DNA of 61,557 nucleotides, filler included, from Basidiobolus ranarum (Eukaryota): NCBI GenBank assembly GCA_040143965.1. It is 2 parts of 2 records of this genome, joined end to end, with 100 filler letters (N's around TTAATTAATTAA, not from the genome) between each part and the next. Parts side by side here need not be neighbours in the genome. Positions count along the whole stretch, not along the records: positions 30,893 to 61,557 come from JASJQH010000097.1; 1 more part is not named here. One strand, 5' to 3'. Shown piece by piece: positions 41,244 to 53,093 of this stretch (position 1 is its first letter; each line of letters starts with the position of its first letter). The notes under the pieces were generated by a model. It saw only the letters and a program-made list of their open reading frames with translations, ran no database searches and was not told where the DNA came from. The position numbers and the translations under genes were made by a program.

Positions 41244-42355
41244 GGTTAATAATAACGTGCAGCCAAAGAGGAAGAATCCCAAATCCACGATTTCTCCCAG
41301 AGATAAACCAGACCTCGGCAACCCAAAGAAAAAAAATCAGGTGATCTCCATTCTAGATCCCCATGTTCAATCTGCTTTGGTCAATATAATTACTTGGGTA
41401 AGAAGTCATCCTGATCGCCTCGATAGCAAATAGAATTAGATATTTCGGGGAAAAAAACGCTGAGATCCTGATCCAACTGAAGATCGCATATCATTATTTG
41501 GTAAAAAAAAACGTACAATTCTGATAATGCAATCAATAATCAATAATTCCCATTTGAAGAGCAATTATATCCTCTACAAAACATGAGGTTCCTCCAAACT
41601 GCTCAGAATACTATACAAGTTAACTTCATTTGAAAGAAAACAATTAGGAGCATCGTATATTGTGTTAATTCTAAGTTGGCCTTTATTCAAAACAATCTAT
41701 ACCATCGAGTTTGCCCTTTTTTTAACTGTCCAATTGTGCTCTTACTCCTCAAGAAGGAATCAATGGTGCTGTATTTATTGGGATTTGTGTAGAGGGTTAT
41801 AAATTTGAAAAGTACTTTTATAAAGGAAACGGTTACTCTGTTTAACCAACAAGCTTCATATTTACCAGAAAAGATCTTATGTCGTTATTATTTTTGAGAG
41901 GAACGTTACCAAAGTTAAAAATAACTTTCCTCGTTCAACTTGTAATCAAAGTGTCCTTATGAGTTAAGGAAGTAAGATAAAAAGTAGCACTACCAAAGTT
42001 AATTGTTTAATCAAATAACTCTCCGTAGACAGCAATTATGATAACGTTATGATGAAAGCAATGCATATATATATATTTGAATGTAAGGATCTGCAAATAC
42101 ATTTATAGTTCTAGTTTACCATCGCACACATGCCATTGTTGATTATTTTTAATATCAGTTTGAATTGGACTATTGAGGTGATTAAGATCTATGAGCATTC
42201 AACCCATAGTTACTAGAATATCAAGACTCTTCTCATTTATCTAGTAGTTTGTTTCTTTTCATTTTTAGTCAAAAAGTGCATCCGTTGTACATACAGTACT
42301 TTCGTCTGTTTCACAACCTGGGTTTTCCCTGAAGTAGTAAACTTATGGAAAGAAC

Positions 42356-45033
42356 ATGGCGTCGAACCTCCACGTGAAGCCCATCCCAAAAACTAAAGAT
42401 CAAAATGCTCTAACATGTTACGCTGACGCAATAAATCAGTATTATGCCATCCAAAAGGTACAATCAGAACCTATTTTTTGTATGTCTCCTTGATAATGTA
42501 ACTTAAGAGTTATATTTTGTTTTAAAGGAAAGACCTCTTACACCAGAAGAGACCGTGATTTACAAGCATATTTTGGAGAAACTTCGGTCAAGAATGACAA
42601 ATACATTGGAAAAAGTACAGGCCAAGTATTCGACTCGAAAAAGAGAAGAAACACCAGATATATTTTCTTCCAACGATTTAAGAGATTCTCCATCAAAGTG
42701 TGGATCTTTTTTAGGATCTATACATTCTGAGTTTGGTAGCAATGGGGCCAATTCCACTACAGGGACTGACTTGGAGTCTGTAACTATTTCCAGGTCAACG
42801 ACGGACATAAAAATTGAAGATACACCAGAGGATTATATTGGAAGTCTGAACAAGCAGTCGAGTATTATCACAACCGAAGCTGATTCTTGTTAGTTCAACT
42901 ATAGTTATATAATATACTTGATTAGATATTTCCTTGAATTTTACTTAACCGACATTCTGTAGCTAACACTAGTCGCCATTCCTCTCTATCTGGACTTGTG
43001 AAACACCAAACGAAAGATATGATGTTGATTACAACCCCATCGTCCGTAGAGCTTCGAGCAAGACAAAACAAAAGATCTTTGGACTTGAAGCATGCTCTTA
43101 TAGCTACTGCCCTAGAGTCCTTGAACAAAACAGAGTGGGAGCGACTGAAAACGCCATTCTCTTTACCGAAACACATTATAGAGGAAGCCAATCGATATAG
43201 AGAAAAGCAATCGATAAAGAGTAAAGCCTCCAGCAGTTCAAGCCGTCCGAAAGGAGTTAGAAAACGGAAGAGTTTAACCATGAGTAAGAGTGCTAAGAAA
43301 GTTATAAAAGGAACACCTCCAACCAGCTCGATGAAAGAGGAGTCACCTGAGAATAATACATTTGTTCAATGTTATTCCAAGGCAAAAACGAATCAAGTAT
43401 CCGTCGTTGGTACGTTCTTTCTTTATGCCGAATTCTTGAGGTTGTTTTTGATATATTATGCTTCACTGTAGTTACACCGAGAAAAAGAAATGCTGAAGAA
43501 TATCAAATGCCAATTGATAATTCTACCAACGAAGCCATTGATTCTCCAAGTCAATCAAATGATCTACCAGGTTCCAGTTCTTTTGCAGAGTCGATGTTGA
43601 TGAGCCCCTTGAAGCAAGGCTCAGCTAGCTTCCAATGTATTTCACAGGGGTTGGATGTAAAGCAGATCGTTATATCGACCCAGAGATTTTTGATAGCTGT
43701 TGACACAACCGATAAAATATGTGTTTGGAAATTCGCTAGTAATAAAAGCAACAAGTATGGCTATTTGTGGGACGAAGTATTTACTTACTCTTTTCCAAAT
43801 TATCGAACTGTAAGTTAGGCTCATCTATTCCTACCTTTGACTATATTAGATCCTTATTTTCCGAGCTCATGTAGGTGTTGCGCACCCTTCTTTTCACGCG
43901 AAATGACGGGTTTTTAATTGTAACTGAGATAGTCAGCACACTTGGCCTAAACGAAGTTGATAACTATTTCCTGAGAATAACAACCATCAATCTTGATCTT
44001 GAAACCCATACTGCTGTTAACCTCCCAATCAGCCCAAGTTCATTAGCCAACATTCTGGATTTGAAGGAGCTTCCTGTTGCCATTCCAAATCACGAGAGCA
44101 AGCTGATTATTCCATCTGGAATGTTTGGAGAGTTGATAGTCTACTATTTCGAAGAAGACTGGAGGTTTGTGCATTATGGGCTGCATACAGCATGTTGAGC
44201 AAGCATTTAATTTTTTGCATGTTTAGTACTCTAATCTCTGATATCCCACTTCCAAAATCTGAGATTGCTACATCCCCCATTGTTTCCCTGAAGCTAGTTG
44301 AGAACGAACCATCCCTGGCCATTGGCACATCGATAAACTCGGTGACTCTATGGTAACATAATGTTTGAAGAATACTGGTGTAATTGTCAGTGTTAAAAGT
44401 TCATCTACAATAGGAATATCGACAAATGCACTCTTTTATACTCCGCTCCATTTCCCGATGATATAGATTTTCAGAGCATTCCCAAATGTATTTCTGCGGT
44501 ATCTCCCATAAAATACGTACGAATGAAAGCGATGGCACGTACCATACATGAGCCCATTGTGATCATATTGGTAGCAGATATGTGCTATGAGGAGGACTCG
44601 GCTGATGGTACTCGTGTAGAATCTTGTCAACAGTACTTACTTTATCGCTCGCAATTGAGTCATCTCGCCTCACTTGAAAATTTCAGGTAGAAATTAGATT
44701 TCATTTGTAGTCCAGTGGATTGCAACTAATACTAACTCACCGAATCTTGATAGTTCCATCACTTCCCTTTCAACATCGCAGAAATGTGTAGTCGGCTGTG
44801 TCAATGATACCGATGTTGTATTATGGAACAAAAGCAACGGTCGAATCATATCTACGCTACAACTCGTCCAGCAGCATCGAGGTAACCCAAGCAATGCCAA
44901 ATCCAACATTAACCAACTAACCTGTATTTCATTGATAGTTAACCGAAGAGTTTACTGTATTTCCATTCATCACCAAGACATGTACATAATTTGTGGAGAT
45001 ACAGAAGGATGTCTCCATATTTACTGGCTCTAG
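42356..45033 (+). CDS. PALB2: PALB2/FANCN-like protein: N-terminal coiled coil, Ser-rich linker with FxLP, C-terminal WD40 propeller; 9 exons
   Basis: GT..AG introns at about 42458-42527, 42889-42962, 43410-43471, 43810-43874, 44165-44226, 44353-44413, 44688-44753 and 44882-44938 give one continuous frame. Motifs RPLTPEE..LEKLRSRMTNTLEKVQ, FSLP, DKICVWK..WDEVFTYSF..VL, LAIGTSINSVTLWNIDKCTLL, IICGDTEGCLHIYWL*. The gene model is firmer than the orthology call. Confidence 0.72.
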
Positions 45034-45610
45034 AGAAGCTAAAACTCCAACCTCACCTTGTAACTTAATTTTCTACTCATCCACGTATATTCATCGAAGT
45101 TCATTTATATTTTACGAATTTCCTTCAATGTATTTTTAGACACCAGTTTCTCTAGCTAAAAAAAATTACGAAATAAAAATATTTCACGTATATATTCATT
45201 CAATATTTTCCTATGCACCCTTCACTCTCACCCTATCCTAGTGAACTGAATACTATTAATCACCATATAAAATATATCCTTGAATAGTGAATGTCAAAAG
45301 TTTGTTCCTTACCTTACGGTTATTTCATAATCCAATGAATTTCTACGATATTCCGAACATACTTCTAGTTGAACATGAAATCTAATTTTGTTCAGGTATT
45401 TTATACACACTTTCGATATTCTTTATTATCTCTCGACTGGTAGTGAGTTGTGTATAAATATATGCATACTAGAAAATTAAAAACGATTATTTATTTCCCT
45501 ATTTCCGGCTGCATTACTCTCTTCTCAATACATGCCTATATTATTTGTGTGTAGATCGTTTAAAAGAATATTTCAAATATTTGAGTATAGTCAATCTCAC
45601 CTTAACCCAT

Positions 45611-46665
45611 TTAAATTGTTTCTGATTCCAACTCTAAAACAATTTCATCAAATCCGTTGATCTCTGTATTATGATTAGGAACTTCAGGATTTGTATCACC
45701 ACTTATTGCATAAGAGTCGATTGCTGCTTCGAATTCGGAATCCATCTCGAATTCCCAAAAAGTTGGCGAATTTTTGGAATTTTTGAAGTTTTGTATTTGA
45801 CGACTAAAGATATCAAGTTCTTGAACCTTACAAGATTCCAATTTCGATTAGAAATCACTGAATTTCTTAAAATATTGAAATCATTTGGTTACATCTGGCG
45901 CAAAATATTCATGAACGTTATTTGATTTATCGTTCTCTTGTTGATATCCAAACGGACTGAAATCCCCTTCATTAAATGAATCGGAAAATGGGCTAGAATT
46001 TTGGTGTTTTCGAATAAAAAGACCAGTTTCATTTTCATGGATATTTCTGGATGACTTGGGTGAGAGGGATTGAGGTTTATCATTTAATCCATACACACTA
46101 TGAATTCGATTATATGGTTGACGTCGGTTGAACTTTGATGTATGATTTATCTTGTTTGTTAATTCGATATCATTGAAAATCCCATTTGGTGACATACTAC
46201 GGTGATATGTAGAACCTGTTAATTCTTCAATCTCATGCTAATGAATTTAGAATCTTCATTCATTTAACTTTTCACCATCTTTCTCCTTTAATTCCAATAT
46301 ATATAAAAAAGATTACCTGCATTTGAGCATATTTTTGATTTAATAAAGTGGATTTTCGGTTGGAACGAGTGAGTGATTTATCTTTCGATAAGATGGATTT
46401 TGGTGTTTGTGGATGTACTGTTGAGTAGATTTAATATGATAATGAATTCTATTGTATATCAAGTACACTTTACCAAGAGAGAATTCTGATGCTCCTTTGT
46501 TCACAACTGTATCAGATATCCTACAGGTATTTCGAAAATTGTTCAGTACACATATGGCATTTAGTGTTCCATAGGAAACACATACTTGGCAAATGGAATT
46601 TGCTTGAGTTCATTCTTGATATAAGAGTTCTCCGAATCACTGGAGCTTTCAGTTTCGGTACTCAT
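45611..46665 (-). CDS. Hypothetical Ser/Asn-rich protein, multi-exon; 3' part possibly decayed
   Basis: Exons MSTETESSSDSE..PFAK / ISDTVV..FSL / VHPQTPKSILSK..QMQ / HEIEELTGS..FAPD / VQELDIFSRQ..ESETI* join in frame through GT..AG introns. No family recognised. Confidence 0.55.
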
Positions 46666-47157
46666 GTTAGTCTGGGGAGAGATATGAATCAACGAAGCAG
46701 AAGGGAAATGGTTTATTTATGTCTAACTTCTAGCATACATAGAGATCAAATATGGTATTTAAATGCCAATGTACCATATTACCTGGCAGATTGAATCGAT
46801 CAATGTCTATATGCCATAGAGAGCAGATGATCTTTATGATGTCAGATAAACATACGAAGGGAATTGAAATACTTAGCTACTCATCATCAATGAAATATGT
46901 ATTGTATATATTAATAGTTGGGGTACAAAATTAGCACAGGTGAGGTCACTGTCAATGCCCTTACCTACAAATATACTTCACACCATTAAATAGGATCAAA
47001 ATTAAGGCTTTTAGGGAAAGAAACAGCGAAAATATTTGCGCAGCAAAAGTTGAAAATAAAAATAGGTCAAACTGCATTGACATGGTTAGGGTTGAGTAAA
47101 CATGGTGTAATGATAATCAATTGATGATGGAGAATGAGTGAGCGTGTATGGTTTTTG

Positions 47158-47922
47158 CTAGTCGTTATTGACTGGAGTAGCGAAAGTAAGAGGAACTATG
47201 AATTCTCCGATATATTCAATCTGCATTTGATCTAACGCTTGTTGGATTTCAGTTAAACTCTTTGCTGTCTGTGATTGAGAAGACCATATTAGTTAAAATG
47301 AGCTTGAGAAAATGTTTGAATGGAAATAATATATACCAGGGTCAAATCATCTTTAGTCACACGGCTTTTACTTAATATATCTTTGGGCGATTTTGGAACT
47401 TCAGTAGGAGGAATGTCAAAAATATTCATCACTTTAGGAGGAAGGGTTTGGCAACTCTCCATTAGTGTTCTAGTATAGAATTTTTAAGTAAAGTTAAATA
47501 GTACAGAAGTATCATTAAATACCCACTTGTATGTATTAGATCTTTCTACAGTGTCCTGATGTTTCATGCGCTCCACTTGAGTACGTGAAATGTCGATTAA
47601 ATTTCTATTTGAAAGAAAATATTAACATCAGCCATAGGCACATATATTCGCTATATAACTAACTCTGCTGTTTTTTGAACAATTCTTTTCAAAGATTCTT
47701 CTAATCTTGCTTGATTCATAGCCTCGTATTCTTTGTAGCTCATTCTTTTATCGATTCCATCTGGTGAAGCAGGTTGAGCACCATTCAGCAGACGAGTTCT
47801 CTCATTATTCTAAATATTAGTAATAATAATTGTAAATTAATAATTCCTCCATGAATGGAAAGGATGAAAGCAAAAACGCATACAATCTGAGGATCTTCCT
47901 GTTTACTAGAGCAACAACCCAT
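47158..47922 (-). CDS. LAMTOR1: Ragulator/EGO complex membrane anchor (LAMTOR1/Ego1/Meh1-like); multi-exon
   Basis: MGCCSSK myristoylation/palmitoylation start, acidic dileucine NERTRLL, LKRIVQKTAENLIDIS, C-terminal ALDQMQIEYIGEFIVPL. Not in the ORF track. Confidence 0.9.
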
Positions 47923-48779
47923 GATTTTTGTAGTTCAAATTATTGATGAAATGATAGTAATATTGGTAGAGAAGTGAAGTTATTCTATAATAACGGAAAA
48001 GAGCGAAATAATTAAGAAACAAAGGTTAAATATTTCACTTTAAGGAATCAAACAATGGATATACTCACTGTATCTCAAGAGTACGGAAAATTTCGCATAC
48101 AATTTTATGCACCAGTGAGTAAGTGTTAAGCCAAGCTTACTCTGAGGAAAATGATTGAGTAAAATAAATGAACTCCCAGAAATAGATGATTTTAAAATAT
48201 CCCAATGGAAATAAAAATTGCCACATTACTAGCAACCAACTTTTGAACGTTTCAAGGGTTTCAGATTTTCTTCACTATGGTTTGAGAATAATTATCCAGG
48301 AATTCATGCTAGATCAAGTTAAGCCGCTACAAAAACTAAGCAAGATTTCTCAGCTGGGACATAAAGTTGCATTGTTAGCACGAGCTCCCCTACAGTCTAC
48401 AGGAATGGAAAGAATCCGACACAAAAAGGATATAGAATTGGGATCTCTCGGGTCAGAGAAGTCAAACAAGCACAGACAGGTAATCAATTCAGTATATATT
48501 GTATACAATACACAAAGCGAACTCTTGTCTCTACCCGTGGTCTGTTAGAGGCAGTGAGTATAGCGTATTTGTCGATTATTACTTATTAATAAAGGATGTA
48601 GATAATCGAACAAGCTAGTCACGACTTGTAAGGTCAAGATAGCGAAGTACTTGATCTCGTAATATCGGATGAGCGGATGGACTGGCGAAAAATACTGGAT
48701 TTTTAAAAAGAGCGACGCAGTGGCAATATGAATCCCCAAAAAATGGAGTTCACTATGAAAGAAAAATCCTGGTTACAAT

Positions 48780-48796
48780 TTAGGGTTAGGGTTAGG
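48780..48796 (+). promoter_or_regulatory. Interstitial telomeric repeat (TTAGGG)2TTAGG between divergent LAMTOR1 and OLE1
   Basis: Sequence seen directly; a regulatory role is inferred. Confidence 0.5.
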
Positions 48797-49392
48797 ACTG
48801 TATTTTGGATTATTAGCTCACTCATTCAATAAATGATCAGTCTTAGCATTAAATTGAACCAATTATTGTTGCAGAAACACATACCCCACTCACGAGGCTT
48901 CTCCTCCAGCAAATGGGAGCAACAGGTTTACTTCAGGTGATAATAGGTAACCACTGGCAATCATTAAGCCCAGATTCGCTTATCGTACTAGTTGAAAAGT
49001 AGTGAGCAAGAGGGGTTTCTTGGAAATAACCTGTATGATTCGAATATGCTTTCATCACATTAAGGGCTAAATGACGAGTTCAAGGGTGTATCGTCAATAC
49101 AAAGGGATAATATGAATCAATGGTGTAACAGTGCCAAAGTCAAAAATAGAACTAGCAACTTGGTTTCCTACAAAATGAATGGAAACTAGTCGGGGAAAGT
49201 AGCAGAATACATCCAATCAATCCTGGTAATATATGATTATGGTGGATAGAATATAAATAAAATAAACTTTGGGGTAACAAGCTTTTTATAGAGGGTTAGA
49301 TGAACAATGTGTCCACTATAAATACTGCCATATCGCATATCTAGACCATACCAACTTGCGGTCTTTTGTTCCTTCTCAACGGTATCATCGAA

Positions 49393-50613
49393 ATGGGCGC
49401 TAATGTCAAATCGAAGTTCCCCACTGACTCGACTGTCGCGTGGAAGGACCTTCCATTGACCAAAAGGATTAACTGGATTCATACTGTTCTTCTTGTCTCT
49501 ACCCCACTTATCTCCCTTTATGGTCTTTGGACAACTCCCATTCAAAAGGCAACATTGATCTGGTCCATCGTTTACTACTTTGTAACCGGCTTAGGAATTA
49601 CTGGAGGATACCATCGTCTTTGGGCTCACAAGTCGTACTCTGCTACTCTCCCATTACAAATATTCCTAGCTCTGGCCGGTGGTGGTGCCGTTCAAGGCTC
49701 CATTAAATGGTGGAGTCGTGGGCATAGAGCTCATCACAGACATACTGATACAGACAAAGACCCTTACAGCGCTCAAAAAGGTCTTATTTACTCGCATATT
49801 GGCTGGTTAATAATGAAGCCCGAACCTGGTGCTATTGGTTATGCCGATACCTCAGATCTCAATATCGACCCTGTTATCAAAACTCAACATAAGTATTATC
49901 CATACGTTGCTTTGTTCATGGGCTTCATCTTCCCCACATTAGTAGCCGGTTTTGGCTGGGGTGACTGGAGAGGTGGATATTTCTTTGCTGCAGTTGCTCG
50001 TCTGGTCTTCGTTCACCATGCTACCTTCTGTGTAAACAGTCTTGCTCACTACCTTGGTGAGCACAGCTTCGATGACAAACACACTCCTCGGGATCATTTC
50101 ATTACTGCCTTCGTAACTCTAGGAGAAGGTTATCATAACTTTCATCATGAATTTCCTCAAGATTATCGCAATGCCATTCGATTCTACCAGTATGATCCTA
50201 CCAAATGGTTTATTCGTACCTGTTCATTGTTTGGTCTGTCTTACAACTTGAAATGTTTCCCCAAGAATGAAATCACCAAGGGGCAAGTACAGATGCAAGA
50301 GAAAAAAATTGAAGCCGTCAAGAAAACTTTAAATTGGGGGAAATCCTTAGATTCGTTACCGGTGTACACCATGGAAGAGGTAGAGAAGATATGCCGTCAA
50401 GAAAATCGACAATGGATTGTCATCAACAACATTGTTCATGATGTCACTGACTTTGTTGACGACCATCCAGGTGGTAAAGCTTTGATTAAATCTGGCATTG
50501 GTAAAGATGCAACTGAAGCCTTTACTGGTGGTGTTTATGATCATAGTAATGGGGCCAAGAATTTAATTACAACCATGCGTATTGGCACCATTGAGCCGGC
50601 CAAACAAGGTTAA
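49393..50613 (+). CDS. OLE1: Delta-9 acyl-CoA desaturase with C-terminal cytochrome b5, intronless
   Basis: His boxes GYHRLWAH, HRAHHRHTDT, GEGYHNFHHEFP; C-terminal HPGG b5 domain. First in-frame ATG at 49393. Confidence 0.97.
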   Translation: MGANVKSKFPTDSTVAWKDLPLTKRINWIHTVLLVSTPLISLYGLWTTPIQKATLIWSIVYYFVTGLGITGGYHRLWAHKSYSATLPLQIFLALAGGGAVQGSIKWWSRGHRAHHRHTDTDKDPYSAQKGLIYSHIGWLIMKPEPGAIGYADTSDLNIDPVIKTQHKYYPYVALFMGFIFPTLVAGFGWGDWRGGYFFAAVARLVFVHHATFCVNSLAHYLGEHSFDDKHTPRDHFITAFVTLGEGYHNFHHEFPQDYRNAIRFYQYDPTKWFIRTCSLFGLSYNLKCFPKNEITKGQVQMQEKKIEAVKKTLNWGKSLDSLPVYTMEEVEKICRQENRQWIVINNIVHDVTDFVDDHPGGKALIKSGIGKDATEAFTGGVYDHSNGAKNLITTMRIGTIEPAKQG

Positions 50614-51415
50614 TCTAATACCATTGATCCCTCATGTACACTTATTCTTTTTCGCGTCTTTGTAATTTATTTTACCTACAAATAAACATGCTTAACTTGT
50701 TACTTAACTTAACCTTCTGCGCACTTCTTTTTACTTTGCTAATTACTAATGGATGCTTGGATTGGTATCTCGGATACCAGATACCGAGGCCGATTTTATA
50801 CAAATCAAGTCAAGTATCCATAGCAATATTACCACCGATCGATATGGAGGAATTACTTACCAATAGTTTACTTGGATCAGAAAAGTGCAGATATTCAATC
50901 CACTTGGGCGAAATAGACTTTTTGCACCATATATGACGAATCCTATGCTGATTATAGAATTAGTCCTCATTATGGCAGTTTAATTCAGTGATTAAGTTCT
51001 ATAAAGAATGTGATTAGAAAGCAACCAGTTTAAAAGCATCTAATTGATCATCTAATTGAGCATATAATCTACTGGATTCGATTGGGAAACTTCTAGAATA
51101 TTAAGAGAAATGTAGGTGCCAATGGTATCAGTAGCGCTAATCCCAGATCACTGATTGTTTGAAATTCAGCCAACACAACCCTGCTCATATAAACAAATGC
51201 CACATGTAAGCAAGAATGGAATCTTCAAGAATGGAATTTAAATACGACGCTCGCCCAATCCACTTAGCCGGGGTATAGCAATAATCCTTAGTCCATTCTA
51301 TTCCAAATTTGGTGGCAAACATAAGATTAGATCAATATATAAGCACGGAGTACATAGGCAATTATATATATAGTATTCCATCCCGATATTCCATATGGAG
51401 AGCAATGGTAGGTAA

Positions 51416-51469
51416 TCAATAGATATCAATGGAAATAAACGGGTCAATAGATATCAATGGAAATAAACG
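51416..51469. repeat. Direct repeat, two exact 26-bp copies (28-bp period), upstream of the peroxiredoxin gene
   Basis: TCAATAGATATCAATGGAAATAAACG at 51416-51441 and 51444-51469. Confidence 0.9.
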
Positions 51470-51647
51470 AATACATTCATATGATTTGGTGCAACGTAAA
51501 CCTTTCCATTGCCATATTCGGTACCGAAGTTTTGATGCTTAATAATGTAACTGATGGATATGTCGCTGCCCCAATAGAGATGGGTATATAAATCGTGAGA
51601 ACAGCCCCAGTGGACCTCACCAGTAAAACTTCTATTTGCTTAATACA

Positions 51648-52232
51648 ATGACCGTTCAAATTCAAAAGGCTGCTCCTAGCTTCAAGGCTACTGCTTATTA
51701 TGATGGTGAATTCAAGACTATCTCTCTTGAAGACTTCAAGGGCAAGTACCTCGTCCTTTTCTTCTATCCTTTAGATTTCACCTTCGTTTGCCCCACCGAA
51801 ATCATTGCCTTCAACGATCGTGTTAAGGAATTCGAGGCTCTTGACTGCGCCGTAGTTGCTTGCTCCGTTGACTCCGAGTTCTCTCACTTGGCCTGGGTTA
51901 ACACCCCACGCAAGGAGGGTGGTCTTGGTAACATGGAAATCCCTATCCTTTCCGATATCACCAAGAAGATCTCTCGTGACTACGGAGTCCTTCTCGAGGA
52001 TGCCGGTGTTGCTCTCCGTGGTCTCTTCATCATTGACCCCAAGCAAAATGTTCGTATCATGCAAGTCAACGATCTCCCCATTGGTCGCTCCGTAGATGAA
52101 ACTCTTCGTCTTCTCGAGGCTCTTCAATTCACCGATATCCACGGTGAGGTCTGCCCTGCTAACTGGCAAAAGGGTGCTGATACCATCAAGCCTGATGTTT
52201 CCGGCTCCAAGGATTTCTTCTCCAAGCAATAA
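51648..52232 (+). CDS. TSA1: Typical 2-Cys peroxiredoxin, intronless, strong codon bias
   Basis: [34 protein letters not shown] at ~51585. Confidence 0.97.
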   Translation: MTVQIQKAAPSFKATAYYDGEFKTISLEDFKGKYLVLFFYPLDFTFVCPTEIIAFNDRVKEFEALDCAVVACSVDSEFSHLAWVNTPRKEGGLGNMEIPILSDITKKISRDYGVLLEDAGVALRGLFIIDPKQNVRIMQVNDLPIGRSVDETLRLLEALQFTDIHGEVCPANWQKGADTIKPDVSGSKDFFSKQ

Positions 52233-52567
52233 TTAGCATTCATTTACTTGTGTCATAAATATCATTAAATAGCATCCAAGTATAATTTTAAACTATTTGT
52301 TTGGAATAAAACCATAGAAGTACGCTTATTTGCAAGTTTTCTTTTCGGAATGAAGTTTTAGTGTACTAGATTTTTCAACCTTAGTATTCTTATCATATAC
52401 ATCCGAAACCTCAGTATTTACCAAACAGTTTTGGGGTACGTTTGAGATACGTTTGAGATGCATACTACTGTTTTGTGGGGAGTCGGGAGTAATCGTTGTT
52501 GATGACACATCTTTCGATTACGAAATTCAAGGTGCGGAGACCGGTGCTGAATGGAGTAAAGTCATTA

Positions 52568-52589
52568 AGAGAGAGAGAGAGAGAGAGAG
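52568..52589. repeat. (AG)n microsatellite, about 11 units
   Basis: Seen directly. Confidence 0.95.
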
Positions 52590-53093
52590 GTGGAGGTAAG
52601 AGTGTATAAGGGTAGTAGATATGAATAGCAAGATGGTACAATGGGTGGGTATTCGTGTTGGTGAAGAGCAGAGTCAGTGTTTGCATCAAATACAAATAAG
52701 GAGTATATCAGCAACAAACTATTGGTAACAATGGCGTCGAATATACGAACAATATTCTCAATACTCTAACACCATATATTTGGTCTGTAACAGGGCACTG
52801 TAACAGGGAATTTTTAGATGGTTTGTCAGAATATGCAATGTGATGCATTCATTTGGTTAGATGCGAGAAGGCGGGGTTAGGGTTCATGGAGAGATCTACG
52901 GTTATGAATAAAACCAAGGCTTTCCCTTACAACCCAGACATTAGTATAGTTCTTGCTTTCTCAAATCCACCCACCCGACTTTTCTTTACAAAACCTCCTT
53001 TGAGCGAAGGCTGGATACCCTCACAAACAATACTCATCAATATCAATTTATAGTAACTTTCGACTTTTAGTATCACTCGAACCAGCATTTGGG

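Noticed and set aside
48780-48796. Telomerase RNA template or chromosome end
   Set aside because: Internal, nearly three repeats long (templates are usually about 1.5), and similar boxes occur at several promoters; no supporting structure identified.
51771-52229. 152-aa antisense ORF over the peroxiredoxin
   Set aside because: Shadow frame caused by the strong codon bias of the sense gene.
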